Part shown: positions 30,700 through 39,437 of the stretch, one piece after another | Numbering within the stretch: the first letter of the stretch is position 1 | Layout: every line of letters begins with the position of its first letter | Virus record (IMG/VR): IMGVR_UViG_3300012931_000008 | Strand: one strand, 5' to 3' | Length of the DNA: 45,870 nucleotides | DNA from: a virus | Program-made: the position numbers and the translations under genes | The notes under the pieces: generated by a model | Told to the model about the DNA's origin: nothing | The model's database searches: none | What the model saw: the letters and a program-made list of their open reading frames with translations, nothing else

Positions 30700-30737
30700 A
30701 AATAGTCAATAGTCAATAGTCAATAGTCAATAGTAAA
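30700..30737 (+). repeat. D-type array, 5-6 x 7 nt
   Basis: aaatagt followed by caatagt x4. Five TAGs cover all three frames. It ends 7 nt before ATG 30745. Confidence 0.9.
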
Positions 30738-30744
30738 TCCAAAG

Positions 30745-30942
30745 ATGTCCTGGCTTGAATGTTTTTATCTGATGCAAAGCTGCGGCGGCGATCTGAGTCG
30801 CGTGGATGGCTCGGAAATCGCGCGGGCGACGGCCAAAGGGCACGGCGATGCCGAGAGCCAGATTCGGATCGCCAAGGCGTATTACAACAATCCAGATCGA
30901 AAGGAAGCAGACAATGGGCAAAGCCAGTGGAACTTCGGGTAA
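30745..30942 (+). CDS. Hypothetical 65-aa protein
   Basis: An ORF directly after the D array. Its coding status is uncertain. Confidence 0.35.
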   Translation: MSWLECFYLMQSCGGDLSRVDGSEIARATAKGHGDAESQIRIAKAYYNNPDRKEADNGQSQWNFG

Positions 30943-31327
30943 GCGGGGGCGAGGCCGGCTGAAAGGATCGGGCAAAAGACAAACCAGTGAATCAATCGAA
31001 GGCGAGCAGTTGTCGCTGATCGACGTGGGGCCGGAGAATCTTAAAGAGATCATGCCCTGGGCGAGGCGATATAACGCGGCGATGCACGAGCGGCTGGCCG
31101 CGCTTCAGAAAGAGTGTGAGGCTAAGGAAAAGATCCTTGCCTTAGTGAAGGAGGCCAAGTTGTCCCGCCTGCCTGACGGTTCGATCCGATTCAAATGCCA
31201 GGGCATGACTATCTCCGTAACGCCTCGGGATGAAGTGATTCAGATCAAGGAAGATAAACCGGAAAAAGAGGATGGCAAAGGCAACGGCATGGCGGCGACG
31301 GTCGCGGCCACCGAGAAGGAAGATTAG
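30914..31327 (+). CDS. Hypothetical basic/coiled-coil protein
   Basis: aaggaag lies 6 nt upstream of ATG 30914. Translation MGKASGTSGKRGRGRLKG... Confidence 0.5.
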   Translation: MGKASGTSGKRGRGRLKGSGKRQTSESIEGEQLSLIDVGPENLKEIMPWARRYNAAMHERLAALQKECEAKEKILALVKEAKLSRLPDGSIRFKCQGMTISVTPRDEVIQIKEDKPEKEDGKGNGMAATVAATEKED

Positions 31328-31367
31328 CCACAAGAAAGAGATGATAGCCGTTGGTTCATTGTTTATC

Positions 31368-31395
31368 GATGAACTACAAACGAACAACTCACAAC
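31368..31395 (+). repeat. H-type array, 4 x 7 nt
   Basis: gatgaac tacaaac gaacaac tcacaac. The 13-mer atcgatgaactac is shared with 36093. Confidence 0.65.
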
Positions 31396-31414
31396 TGTAT
31401 TGAAAGGAGTCATC

Positions 31415-32197
31415 ATGGCATGGAAAGACTGGTTTGCACAATCGGGAAAGGTCGCCACAGCGGTGAGCGGCAAGAAGACGCATCTGACGGTCATAGCGGC
31501 GCTGGCCCTGGCCTTCATGGAGGCGTTCGGGATCTGGAAGCCCCCGGAATGGGTCTGGCTGATCTTGGGTGCCGCGGGCGTCGGGTTCCTGCGGGTGGGT
31601 GTCAAGAACACCAAGACGTCAATCGAACAAATGATTAAGGAGATTGAAATGAAAAAGTTAGTGATCATCTTAGCGGCCCTGCTGGCGATGTTCATGGGCA
31701 GCGCGGCAAGGGCCAATGGCCTGACCCTATGGGGGCTGACGGAGCAGGACCTCGGCAGCACGCAAAGGGCGATCTCCGCCCGCGCCGGCTATCAGTATGG
31801 GTTCATCGAGCCATTCATCGGCTCGACGTGGCGGCCGGATTATGACGTCAAGGCAGGACAGGTTAAGCCGCCGCAGGTCCTTTCCTTCGGCACGCTCATC
31901 CACGCCAGGGACCTGCTCGACCCCAATAATCCGCTGCCCTGGATACCGGACTTGCTGCTCACCTTTATCCCGGAGGACTTCGTGGCCCAGCCCTATCTCG
32001 GCGCTCAGGGGACCTGGAATTTCTTCGACAAGGATGCTGGATTCTACGGTCCCATTGTCGGCATCCTGGCCAAGACACAGGCGGAGAGTAAGGCATCGTT
32101 TGTGGCCGAGGCGCAATGGAACAAGAATTTTGACGACCTCAACGCCCTCCCTGACAAGTTCCGCCTAAACCTGGGCTTTCGGTTCTATTTCCCCTGA
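31415..32197 (+). CDS. Long form: two-TM holin-like N-terminus fused in frame to a secreted beta-barrel-like protein
   Basis: AAAGGAG lies 5 nt upstream of ATG 31415. TM segments HLTVIAALALAFMEAFGIW and WVWLILGAAGVGFL. Confidence 0.45.
   Translation: MAWKDWFAQSGKVATAVSGKKTHLTVIAALALAFMEAFGIWKPPEWVWLILGAAGVGFLRVGVKNTKTSIEQMIKEIEMKKLVIILAALLAMFMGSAARANGLTLWGLTEQDLGSTQRAISARAGYQYGFIEPFIGSTWRPDYDVKAGQVKPPQVLSFGTLIHARDLLDPNNPLPWIPDLLLTFIPEDFVAQPYLGAQGTWNFFDKDAGFYGPIVGILAKTQAESKASFVAEAQWNKNFDDLNALPDKFRLNLGFRFYFP
31649..32197 (+). CDS. Short form: signal-peptide-bearing outer-membrane beta-barrel-like protein (Lom/Ail-like in size)
   Basis: An internal AAGGAG (31637-31642) is followed by 6 nt and ATG. 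MKKLVIILAALLAMFMGSAARA/NG. The C-terminus is LNLGFRFYFP. Confidence 0.55.
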   Translation: MKKLVIILAALLAMFMGSAARANGLTLWGLTEQDLGSTQRAISARAGYQYGFIEPFIGSTWRPDYDVKAGQVKPPQVLSFGTLIHARDLLDPNNPLPWIPDLLLTFIPEDFVAQPYLGAQGTWNFFDKDAGFYGPIVGILAKTQAESKASFVAEAQWNKNFDDLNALPDKFRLNLGFRFYFP

Positions 32198-32203
32198 AAG
32201 CAG

Positions 32204-32386
32204 ATGAGCGATTGGCGAGACTACGCGGACTCAGCGCAAAGGATTCTTACCGGCGACCAGATCGAGGCTTTCGTCCAGGCGAAAAGCGCGGTTCTCAAAT
32301 GGGACCAGGAAAACCCCGATGAGCTTTTCTATGCGGGCGCCGTTTACGGCGCCTGCAAGGTCCTGCAGACGCAGGCTAAAGGATGA
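32204..32386 (+). CDS. Hypothetical 60-aa protein
   Basis: ORF only. Confidence 0.4.
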   Translation: MSDWRDYADSAQRILTGDQIEAFVQAKSAVLKWDQENPDELFYAGAVYGACKVLQTQAKG

Positions 32387-32510
32387 TCCTGACCAGGCAT
32401 CTTCCAGTGGCCGATGAGAAAAATGTCCCTCCGCGCAAGCCCGCCGGTCCCTCTGGCGGGCAAGCCCTGGCCGCTTGATGAAACGGTCGGCGGCCGGGGC
32501 GATTTGTGAA

Positions 32511-32537
32511 CCACGAAGGGCACGAAGAACACGAAGG
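32511..32537 (+). repeat. B-type array, 3 x 9 nt
   Basis: ccacgaagg gcacgaaga acacgaagg, upstream of ATG 32550. Confidence 0.9.
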
Positions 32538-32549
32538 AGTTTACAAAGC

Positions 32550-33410
32550 ATGGACGCGGCAAAACAGTCTGACAGGTCAGATAGGTCGGACGGGTCAGAC
32601 AAAAAATTAACCGGCACGCGCGAGTGGGCGGCGGCGACGACCAATATCCAGACCGGCTGCGAGCATGACTGCCGGTACTGCTATGCGCGGTACGATGCGG
32701 TAACGCGGCGTAAGCGATGCACCCGCGAGCAATGGCGAGTGCCTTTGATCCACGCCGATCGGCTCGATGCCCGCTACCGGTTGCTGCCAGGCCCCGTCAT
32801 GTTCCCCTCAACCCACGACATCACGGCAAACAACATCAGCGAGTGCCTGGTCGTGATTAAGAAGCTCTTAGAGGCGGGCAATGAGCTGCTCATCGTCAGT
32901 AAGCCCACCCTTGAATGTGTGCAGCTCCTCTGTGAGGTCCTGCGGCCCTGGCAGCGGCGGATCACATTTCGCTTCACCATCGGCTCGATGAGCGATGAGA
33001 TTCTCTCCTTCTGGGAGCCGGGGGCGCCGAGCTTCGAGTCGCGGTTCAAGAGCCTCACGTGCGCTTACTTCGCCGGCTACCGCACGAGCGTCTCCTGCGA
33101 GCCATACTTGGATGGCTTTCCGCAGCATGTTTATCACGCCTGCCGCGATTACTTGGTTGATAGTTTTTGGATCGGCAAGCTGCGCAATTGGGCCAGCCGG
33201 GTCGATCTATCGGGTGCCACGACCGAGGAGATCAAGCTCTACGTCGAACCACTCAAGGCCGCCCAACGTGACGGGTTTGTGCGGGGCCTGGTCCGAATAC
33301 TCGACGGCCGCAAATTCATTCGCTGGAAAGACAGCATCCGCGAAGTCATCGAAAAGGAACCGCAGATGAACGCAGATGAACGCAGATCCACGAAGGACAC
33401 AGAGCAATGA
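32550..33410 (+). CDS. Radical SAM enzyme (CX3CX2C), SplB/COG1533-like
   Basis: TGCEHDCRYCYARY. The ATG follows a B array. The N-terminus crosses an A array and the C-terminus crosses a C array. Confidence 0.65.
   Translation: MDAAKQSDRSDRSDGSDKKLTGTREWAAATTNIQTGCEHDCRYCYARYDAVTRRKRCTREQWRVPLIHADRLDARYRLLPGPVMFPSTHDITANNISECLVVIKKLLEAGNELLIVSKPTLECVQLLCEVLRPWQRRITFRFTIGSMSDEILSFWEPGAPSFESRFKSLTCAYFAGYRTSVSCEPYLDGFPQHVYHACRDYLVDSFWIGKLRNWASRVDLSGATTEEIKLYVEPLKAAQRDGFVRGLVRILDGRKFIRWKDSIREVIEKEPQMNADERRSTKDTEQ
32567..32602 (+). repeat. A-type array, 4 x 9 nt
   Basis: gtctgacag gtcagatag gtcggacgg gtcagacaa, read as SDRSDRSDGSDK, 17 nt after ATG 32550. Confidence 0.9.
33357..33405 (+). repeat. 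Composite array: C x3, then B x1, then E x1
   Basis: gaaccgcagat gaacgcagat gaacgcagat ccacgaagg acacagagc, then a-ATG 33407. Confidence 0.9.
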
Positions 33411-34732
33411 GTTTGAATATTGGGTCCATCTCGATACCGGTCAACGCCGCCACGAAGACCTTTGCTCTTTTGGGAAAGCGCGGCGGCGGCAAGAGCTATA
33501 CGGGCGGGGTCATGGCGGAAGAGTTTTTCGCCAACAATATCCCGTTCATTGTCTTCGATCCGATCGACGTCTGGTGGGGCCTGCGGCTGGCAGCGGACGG
33601 CAAGAGCCAGGGATTGCCGGTGGTCGTTTTCGGCGTTAAGCACGCCGATATACCCCTGGACCGGGATATGGGCCGGCGGATCGCCCAGGCCGTCGTTAAA
33701 GAGAATATCTCCTGCGTGATTTCGACCTTCGGTCTTCCCAAGAAGGCTCAGCGGTATTTGATTGCCGAGTTCGCCGATGAGATTCTCACCATCAACAATT
33801 CCCCGAGGCATATCTTCATCGAGGAGGCCCATGAATACGTTCCGCAGCGGGTCATGGGGGCCATGGGTACGGTATTCAACGCCGTCAGCAATCTGGTGGT
33901 GATGGGCCGCAACCGGGGCCTGGGCGTCACACTACTCAATCAGCGGGCCGCGACGATCAATAAAGACGTGCTCACGCAGCTCGATACGCTGTTTGCCATG
34001 CGCTCCGTAGGTCCGCAGGATCGCAAAGCCTTGAACGATTGGGTCGAGGCCCATGCCGCCCAGGGAGATTTCGAGGCGTTTATCAAGAGTCTGCCTTCAC
34101 TGCCGACCGGCGAAGCGTGGATATGGTCCCCTGAGTTTTTGAACATCTTCAAACGGGTACAAATCCGAAAGCGAGAGACGTTTCATCCGGACCGCGAAAA
34201 GCTCGGGCCGCGAGTTGAAATGCCTGAGCTAAGCCGGATCGATATTCAGTCCTTCATCGAGCAGTTCAACAAGTCTCTTCCCAGCAAGACTCCTAAGCAG
34301 ATGGAGAAAGTGCAAAAAGACACAGCCGTAACGGAAAGACGATCTTACAATGAGAGCTACGTTAATCAACTCCGCAATGACTACGAGAGCAGACTGATCA
34401 CTGCCGAATCAGAAGTTCGCCGGCTCAATCAAGTGCTCAGCAATATACGGAACCTGATCGACATCAACGGCGACCCTTCGAGTGCAGCCCTTGCCGGCGT
34501 CGTGAATAGTGGCGCTGTAGCCTTGTGGCAGAGCAAGCTGGGCGGCGGAGCGGCGAGGATTTTCAAGTTATTGGCTGAGCACCCCGGCAAGACATTCACG
34601 CGAACGCAGATCGGCTTGGCTGTCGGTCTCCAAAGTTCCAGTGGTTCATTCGGTAACTGTCTATCGAAGCTCAGGGTCAATAAGCTGATCGTCAAGGATG
34701 GTGACCAATTCAAATTGAATCCGGATCTCTGA
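33407..34732 (+). CDS. HerA/FtsK-like P-loop ATPase (DUF87-like) with a C-terminal winged-helix domain
   Basis: Walker A LLGKRGGGKS and Walker B HIFIEEAHEY. The C-terminus FTRTQIGLAVGLQSSSGSFGNCLSKLRVNKLI looks like a wHTH. Confidence 0.65.
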   Translation: MSLNIGSISIPVNAATKTFALLGKRGGGKSYTGGVMAEEFFANNIPFIVFDPIDVWWGLRLAADGKSQGLPVVVFGVKHADIPLDRDMGRRIAQAVVKENISCVISTFGLPKKAQRYLIAEFADEILTINNSPRHIFIEEAHEYVPQRVMGAMGTVFNAVSNLVVMGRNRGLGVTLLNQRAATINKDVLTQLDTLFAMRSVGPQDRKALNDWVEAHAAQGDFEAFIKSLPSLPTGEAWIWSPEFLNIFKRVQIRKRETFHPDREKLGPRVEMPELSRIDIQSFIEQFNKSLPSKTPKQMEKVQKDTAVTERRSYNESYVNQLRNDYESRLITAESEVRRLNQVLSNIRNLIDINGDPSSAALAGVVNSGAVALWQSKLGGGAARIFKLLAEHPGKTFTRTQIGLAVGLQSSSGSFGNCLSKLRVNKLIVKDGDQFKLNPDL

Positions 34733-34737
34733 AAGCT

Positions 34738-34941
34738 GTGATCAAGAAAAATAGTCAATCCCAGCAGGAACATCGCTGCATGGAGCATCCGGAGCGGATT
34801 GCCTGCGTCGTTATTTTCGGTAGGCGGCCCCTATGCTGGGAGTGTTATTTGGGCCATGAAGAATTTCTCCTTAAATTCGGACCGGACGATGCCGAGCGGT
34901 TCTATCAGCCGGGCGGACCCGGCTACGCCGGGGAATCGTAA
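34738..34941 (+). CDS. Hypothetical Cys-containing small protein
   Basis: GTG start. An alternative ATG lies at 34780. Confidence 0.35.
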   Translation: MIKKNSQSQQEHRCMEHPERIACVVIFGRRPLCWECYLGHEEFLLKFGPDDAERFYQPGGPGYAGES

Positions 34942-34968
34942 CCACGAAGGGCATAAATGAACACGAAG
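34942..34968 (+). repeat. B-type array with the start codon inside it
   Basis: TAA-ccacgaagg gcataaATG aacacgaag. Confidence 0.8.
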
Positions 34969-35199
34969 CAAGGCAAACACCTGACGCTGGAAGAACAGGC
35001 GATAAGGTTTATCGAGAAGTTGGACGCGATTTCAGGTCGGCCGCCGGATATGAAGCCCCTGATTATCGAAGGACAGACGCTGTGTCTGTTTCTCTATCTC
35101 GAAAAGCTATCCAACGGCCACATCAATTTCGATGGGACGCGAACCACGAAGGGCACGAAGAACACGAAGGATGAAAGATCATGGAGGATGGACCAATAA
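34957..35199 (+). CDS. Hypothetical 80-aa protein
   Basis: An ORF between two B arrays. Its tail reads TTKGTKNTKDE. Confidence 0.45.
   Translation: MNTKQGKHLTLEEQAIRFIEKLDAISGRPPDMKPLIIEGQTLCLFLYLEKLSNGHINFDGTRTTKGTKNTKDERSWRMDQ
35144..35170 (+). repeat. B-type array, 3 x 9 nt
   Basis: ccacgaagg gcacgaaga acacgaagg, 10 nt before ATG 35181. Confidence 0.9.
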
Positions 35200-35750
35200 T
35201 AAACTGTCAGCGATGCGGGGCGGCATGTAAGGTCGATCCAGTCCCAGGGTCCAAGGCAACCATGCTCAAACGGGGCAAGGACGCGAAAGGATTGTGCATC
35301 AATTGCGCCGCCCATGATTGGCTGCGAAATACCTATCCCGTGAATTTGTTGCTGGCCCGATCGGGTCCGAAGGGGCTTGCTTTGCCTCATATCCAGGAGC
35401 AATTCGCCGGCCTGATGAAGATGGCTAATTCGGACGCCCGGGCCGATGAGATTAACTGGCAGCGGATCATCGACAACTGGGAGCTGCCCTTCCCGAACAA
35501 GGTCAAAAGGACCGCCGAGAATCCGGCAGATCAGGAGGAGCTTGACCGAGAAGCCGAGCGGCACCGCCGACAGATCGAGGGCGAGCAAAAGGAATTGAAG
35601 GACCCGGCGAAACGCGAAAGAGAAAAGGAAGAAGCTGTTCGTAATTTTCTAAAGGCCGTCGGTTCGCCCAATGCGGATAAGCCGATGAGGATCAGGGAGG
35701 ATTTAGGCAACGTGGCTATCTTTATGGATAACGACGATGCACGAGAGTGA
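35181..35750 (+). CDS. Hypothetical protein with an N-terminal CxxC...CxxC zinc-ribbon-like motif
   Basis: INCQRCGAAC...GLCINCAAHDW. Confidence 0.5.
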   Translation: MEDGPIINCQRCGAACKVDPVPGSKATMLKRGKDAKGLCINCAAHDWLRNTYPVNLLLARSGPKGLALPHIQEQFAGLMKMANSDARADEINWQRIIDNWELPFPNKVKRTAENPADQEELDREAERHRRQIEGEQKELKDPAKREREKEEAVRNFLKAVGSPNADKPMRIREDLGNVAIFMDNDDARE

Positions 35751-36114
35751 GCAAATCTATAAGCAGATCATTGCCACGGGCCGCGAATGGAAAGGCTGTG
35801 AGCAGTGCGGCCGGCGGTTCGAGATGGGTGAAATCATCACGGCCATGCAGATATACAGCGGCATGGTGGTTTACTGGGAGTGCAGCGACTGCACGGAGGA
35901 ATGGTTCGGCCCTTACGATGACGAGCTCAAACTCCAGCCGCCGCCTCCGCCGCCGGAATTTGTACTGATCTCAATGAATCCCCAGACAAAGACGCTCGAG
36001 ATGTTTGATGGTCAGACCGTATCGCCGCTGGCGAATCTGAACCACGAAGGGCACGAAGGGACACGGAGCAAATGGTCAATCGTTCATCGTTCATCGATGA
36101 ACTACGAACCATGA
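35737..36114 (+). CDS. Hypothetical zinc-ribbon protein
   Basis: CEQCGRRF...WECSDCTEEW. The tail crosses a B array (NHEGHEGTRS). Confidence 0.5.
   Translation: MHESEQIYKQIIATGREWKGCEQCGRRFEMGEIITAMQIYSGMVVYWECSDCTEEWFGPYDDELKLQPPPPPPEFVLISMNPQTKTLEMFDGQTVSPLANLNHEGHEGTRSKWSIVHRSSMNYEP
36042..36068 (+). repeat. B-type array, 3 x 9 nt
   Basis: ccacgaagg gcacgaagg gacacggag, 3 nt before ATG 36072. Confidence 0.85.
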
Positions 36115-36506
36115 ACCATAAACAGTTTAGCTTTGAGAATCTGCGTCAGACGACTCGGACACCTCTGACAAGTCCGGCACTCTTACCCAATCCCTCGGTG
36201 CCCGTTGAGATCCGCCCGCGGCTCAAGCGCCAGGCGGCGGCGATCCTTGCAGCGCTCAAGCGTGGGCCGTTATGGACCAACGATCTACGCTCGATGGTCG
36301 CTCAGTACAACGCCCGGATCAAGGAGATACGGGTGTATCTTCGGGAATTCGGGGAGACTATAGATATGACGGCCAGGGGCCGGGACGGGAATAATCGCTT
36401 CGAGATTCGCCTCTTCGCCGGCAGCCGCTACGAGGCCGAGCTGATGAAAAAGCAGAGCAAAACAATTAAGTCCGACAGGTCAGACAAGTCGGACCGGTCA
36501 GACTAA
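36072..36506 (+). CDS. Hypothetical protein (possible wHTH)
   Basis: An alternative ATGA-coupled start lies at 36111. The C-terminus reads an A array as KSDRSDKSDRSD. Confidence 0.5.
   Translation: MVNRSSFIDELRTMNHKQFSFENLRQTTRTPLTSPALLPNPSVPVEIRPRLKRQAAAILAALKRGPLWTNDLRSMVAQYNARIKEIRVYLREFGETIDMTARGRDGNNRFEIRLFAGSRYEAELMKKQSKTIKSDRSDKSDRSD
36082..36123 (+). repeat. H-type array in both orientations, including the 14-bp palindrome gttcatcgatgaac
   Basis: gttcatc gttcatc gatgaac tacgaac catgaac cataaac. Confidence 0.75.
36470..36505 (+). repeat. A-type array, 4 x 9 nt
   Basis: gtccgacag gtcagacaa gtcggaccg gtcagacta. It ends 22 nt before ATG 36528. Confidence 0.9.
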
Positions 36507-36527
36507 ATCAACGAAAGGAAGCAGAAC

Positions 36528-38213
36528 ATGAAGAAGGAAAAATCGAAGGCCATGGCGAAAGGGCAACTCGTTTTTATCGAGCTCAAGAAAATAACCATCA
36601 CGAAGGGGTACAACCCGAGGCAAATCGACGTCAAGAGTCCTCATTTCCTGGACCTGGTGGAGAGCGTCAAGGCCCAGGGTGTGATTGTGCCCGTTCACGT
36701 GCGAAAAACCGGCGACCCGGCCGGCCCCTATGAGCTGCTGGCCGGCGAGCGGCGGTACCGGGCGGCAAGCCAAGCGGAATTGAAGCAGATCCCTGCCATC
36801 AATCACGGGCCGATCAGCGACGAGCAGGCCTTTGAGATCACCTTCGTCGAGAACTTCGCCCGCGAGGACCTCACGACGCTTGAGCAGGGCCGGGCCGTGG
36901 GGTTTCTGCTGGAGCGGTACAAGGGCGATTATACCGCCGTCGCCAGCAAATTAGGCAAGGCTGAATCATGGGTCAGGATGCGTCATGCCATCGAAACGAA
37001 CCTCAGCGAGGAATGGAAGAACGCAACCGCTGAGGGCTGCCGGCTGGAGCATTTCACGGCGGCGCACCTGGCCCTGGTGGCTCGCTTTCCTGCCAACGTG
37101 CAGGCAAACATTCTCAACGAGATTGGCTACCGAAAGGAGATGAGCGTTAAAGGTCTGGCTGCGATCGTGGCCGACATGCTGAGGCTAATCCGCAAGGCCC
37201 CCTTCGATACGGCCAAATGTGCCAAATGCACCAAGCGCAGCGATGCCCAGCCTCAGCTCTGGATGGACCGCGAGACGCAGAAAGTCGGCACGGGCGACCG
37301 CTGCCTCGATATCAAGTGCTGGGCGCGCAAGGAGCACGCGGCCCGCAAAGAGAAGCTCGCCGAGCTGCAGGCCAAATATCCGGGCCTGGTTAGCATCTGT
37401 ACGAAGGACTATCTCTGGGGCGAGGAAGCCAGGAAAGCCCAATCGAGCTATGGCAAATATCTGTCCAAACACGATTATGAGATGTGCAAAAAGAGCGACG
37501 CCAAAGCGGTACCGGCCGTCATCGTCAACGGCAAAGGCGCCGGCAATATCCAGTACATCAAGATCAAGCATCCGGATTCGCCGGCTGCGCAGAAGGCCAG
37601 CCATAGGACGCTCAAGGACCTCCGCAAGGATCTGACTGAACGTCGCTGGCTCGAGGCGATCCGCCGCATGTGCGAGCAGATCGGGAAAGTGCCGTTCGAC
37701 CAGATCATGGGCAAAGACGGCATGAGAGTTATCGTTTGGATGGCCGCGCTCTATGGGACGGGGGATGGAACCTTCGGTGCTGAACGCACATCGCTATTGA
37801 AGGAATTCGACAAAGGAGCTGGTGAGAGTGCGGCGGTGCCTCTGCGGATTATCTGGGAGTGCATCAGCCAGCAAATGGACTATATCGCCGACAGCATCGG
37901 CGCCGACCAGCGGGAAGGCGGCGTAATAGCCAAGCTCTTCAGCCTGGACTTGGACGCCGAATATAAGAAGGTCTGCCAGGATCCGGAATTCGCGGAGCCG
38001 ACTGAATGGAAGAATCTCAACGCCGATGGGACGCCGAAAAGCCAGAAGACAGGAGACGGAAAACAGAAGGCAGAAGAGAAGGGCAAGAAGGCAAAGAGCG
38101 AAAAGCAAACATGCCGGGAGTGCGGGTGCACGGAGGACAATGCCTGCATGACGGACGGCGAGCCGTGTCACTGGGTCGAGAAGGATTTATGCTCAGCGTG
38201 CGATCGTCAATAG
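36528..38213 (+). CDS. ParB/Srx N-terminal-domain protein with a C-terminal Cys-rich module
   Basis: GVIVPVHVRK...YELLAGERRYRAA is the ParB box. The C-terminus is CRECGCTEDNACMTDGEPCHWVEKDLCSAC. Confidence 0.75.
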   Translation: MKKEKSKAMAKGQLVFIELKKITITKGYNPRQIDVKSPHFLDLVESVKAQGVIVPVHVRKTGDPAGPYELLAGERRYRAASQAELKQIPAINHGPISDEQAFEITFVENFAREDLTTLEQGRAVGFLLERYKGDYTAVASKLGKAESWVRMRHAIETNLSEEWKNATAEGCRLEHFTAAHLALVARFPANVQANILNEIGYRKEMSVKGLAAIVADMLRLIRKAPFDTAKCAKCTKRSDAQPQLWMDRETQKVGTGDRCLDIKCWARKEHAARKEKLAELQAKYPGLVSICTKDYLWGEEARKAQSSYGKYLSKHDYEMCKKSDAKAVPAVIVNGKGAGNIQYIKIKHPDSPAAQKASHRTLKDLRKDLTERRWLEAIRRMCEQIGKVPFDQIMGKDGMRVIVWMAALYGTGDGTFGAERTSLLKEFDKGAGESAAVPLRIIWECISQQMDYIADSIGADQREGGVIAKLFSLDLDAEYKKVCQDPEFAEPTEWKNLNADGTPKSQKTGDGKQKAEEKGKKAKSEKQTCRECGCTEDNACMTDGEPCHWVEKDLCSACDRQ

Positions 38214-38235
38214 TCAATAGCGAATAGTCAATCTT
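38201..38235 (+). repeat. D-type array, 5 x 7 nt
   Basis: cgatcgt caatagt caatagc gaatagt caatctt. TAG at 38211, 38218 and 38225 covers all three frames. Confidence 0.85.
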
Positions 38236-38249
38236 GAACAGGTGGCTTT

Positions 38250-39437
38250 GTGACTAAGACACGCAGGACGCAGAACGCATCACGCAGTACGAAAAAGGTC
38301 TGGCGGATATTCCATTTCGATCAGCGGTACGAAATGCCGGAGGACATGAAGAGTAATCGCAAGAGCGGCCTTAATTATACCAAGCGGTTTGTTGGCACCA
38401 ATGGCGGCGATGAGGCCGTCGGCTATCAGCAGCAGATGGGAATGGTCTGCAACGGGGATGGCGAGCAAGCGTGTTTCCTGGAAGGTTTATATGGCAAGCT
38501 GGTCACTATGGCAGCCGCCTTGTCGCGGGCGAAGCGAGGATATCTGTTAGACGCCGACGATCAGCCGCTCTCGTCGGCACAGATCGCCAAGCTGCTCAAT
38601 ATCAAGTCACCGACCATGCGGAAGATGATCGCCCGCTTCGAGGCAGTACGGCTCTTAGAAAAGGTTGAGATGCCGGAATTCGACCTATCGAAGAATGAGC
38701 CACCACCGCCGGCTGATGAGGGGGGCAAAGGCAAGAAGGCTGGACGGCGCCAAGTTTCCGGAAATTTGCGGAAATTTCCCGAAAAATCGGGGAAAAAAGA
38801 AAAGCCTTTAAAAGAACCTAAACCTAAACCTAAACAAGAAAGCCTAACGGGTTTAAACGGGAAACTACAAAAGAGCGCAACCCTAACGGGTTGCTTAAAA
38901 GAAGAGCAGAGCACAATAGAGCAAGGCAAGCCACATCGCAACATAGCACAGCACATAAGCCGAGACCCGGAAAAACCCGAGAACCCGAAGGAATCCGAAG
39001 CTGGGGAGGCGGCGAAGCACATCATGCCAACCCCTCCCCGCTCGGTTCACCGCGATGATCCGCAACCTATCGGGCGGATCATCGCTGATCGCTTGCCTGA
39101 GCATTGGCAGGATGCGGACGCTGAGGCCTTTGGCTGGGAGATTGTCGAGGCCCTGGGCCTGCCGGAGGATCGGCACAACATGGAGATACGCTCGCAATGG
39201 GGTGAGTTTGCCAAGTGGTGGTGTAAGGTCAAGCACGCCGCTCCTGCTATGATGCTGCCTGAGCTGCGCTCAACGGCAATCAGGAAAGCGGTTTGGATAT
39301 ACGCTGGTCCCAAGAAGCCCAAAAATGTTCGCAACCCACCGGCTTTGTGGAACAACATCATGGCGAAAGAGCTGCTGCATCACGGGATCAGACTGCCTCC
39401 TGCCCGGGCTTCGCCTTTGAAACATGCAAGGATATGA
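38250..39437 (+). CDS. Putative replication initiator / DNA-binding protein (HTH)
   Basis: GTG start. LSSAQIAKLLNIKSPTMRKMIARFE looks like an HTH. A Lys/Pro-rich linker follows. It lies before an AT-rich gap. Confidence 0.45.
   Translation: MTKTRRTQNASRSTKKVWRIFHFDQRYEMPEDMKSNRKSGLNYTKRFVGTNGGDEAVGYQQQMGMVCNGDGEQACFLEGLYGKLVTMAAALSRAKRGYLLDADDQPLSSAQIAKLLNIKSPTMRKMIARFEAVRLLEKVEMPEFDLSKNEPPPPADEGGKGKKAGRRQVSGNLRKFPEKSGKKEKPLKEPKPKPKQESLTGLNGKLQKSATLTGCLKEEQSTIEQGKPHRNIAQHISRDPEKPENPKESEAGEAAKHIMPTPPRSVHRDDPQPIGRIIADRLPEHWQDADAEAFGWEIVEALGLPEDRHNMEIRSQWGEFAKWWCKVKHAAPAMMLPELRSTAIRKAVWIYAGPKKPKNVRNPPALWNNIMAKELLHHGIRLPPARASPLKHARI
38259..38293 (+). repeat. G-type array, 5 x 7 nt
   Basis: acacgca ggacgca gaacgca tcacgca gtacgaa, 9 nt after GTG 38250. 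Confidence 0.8.
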
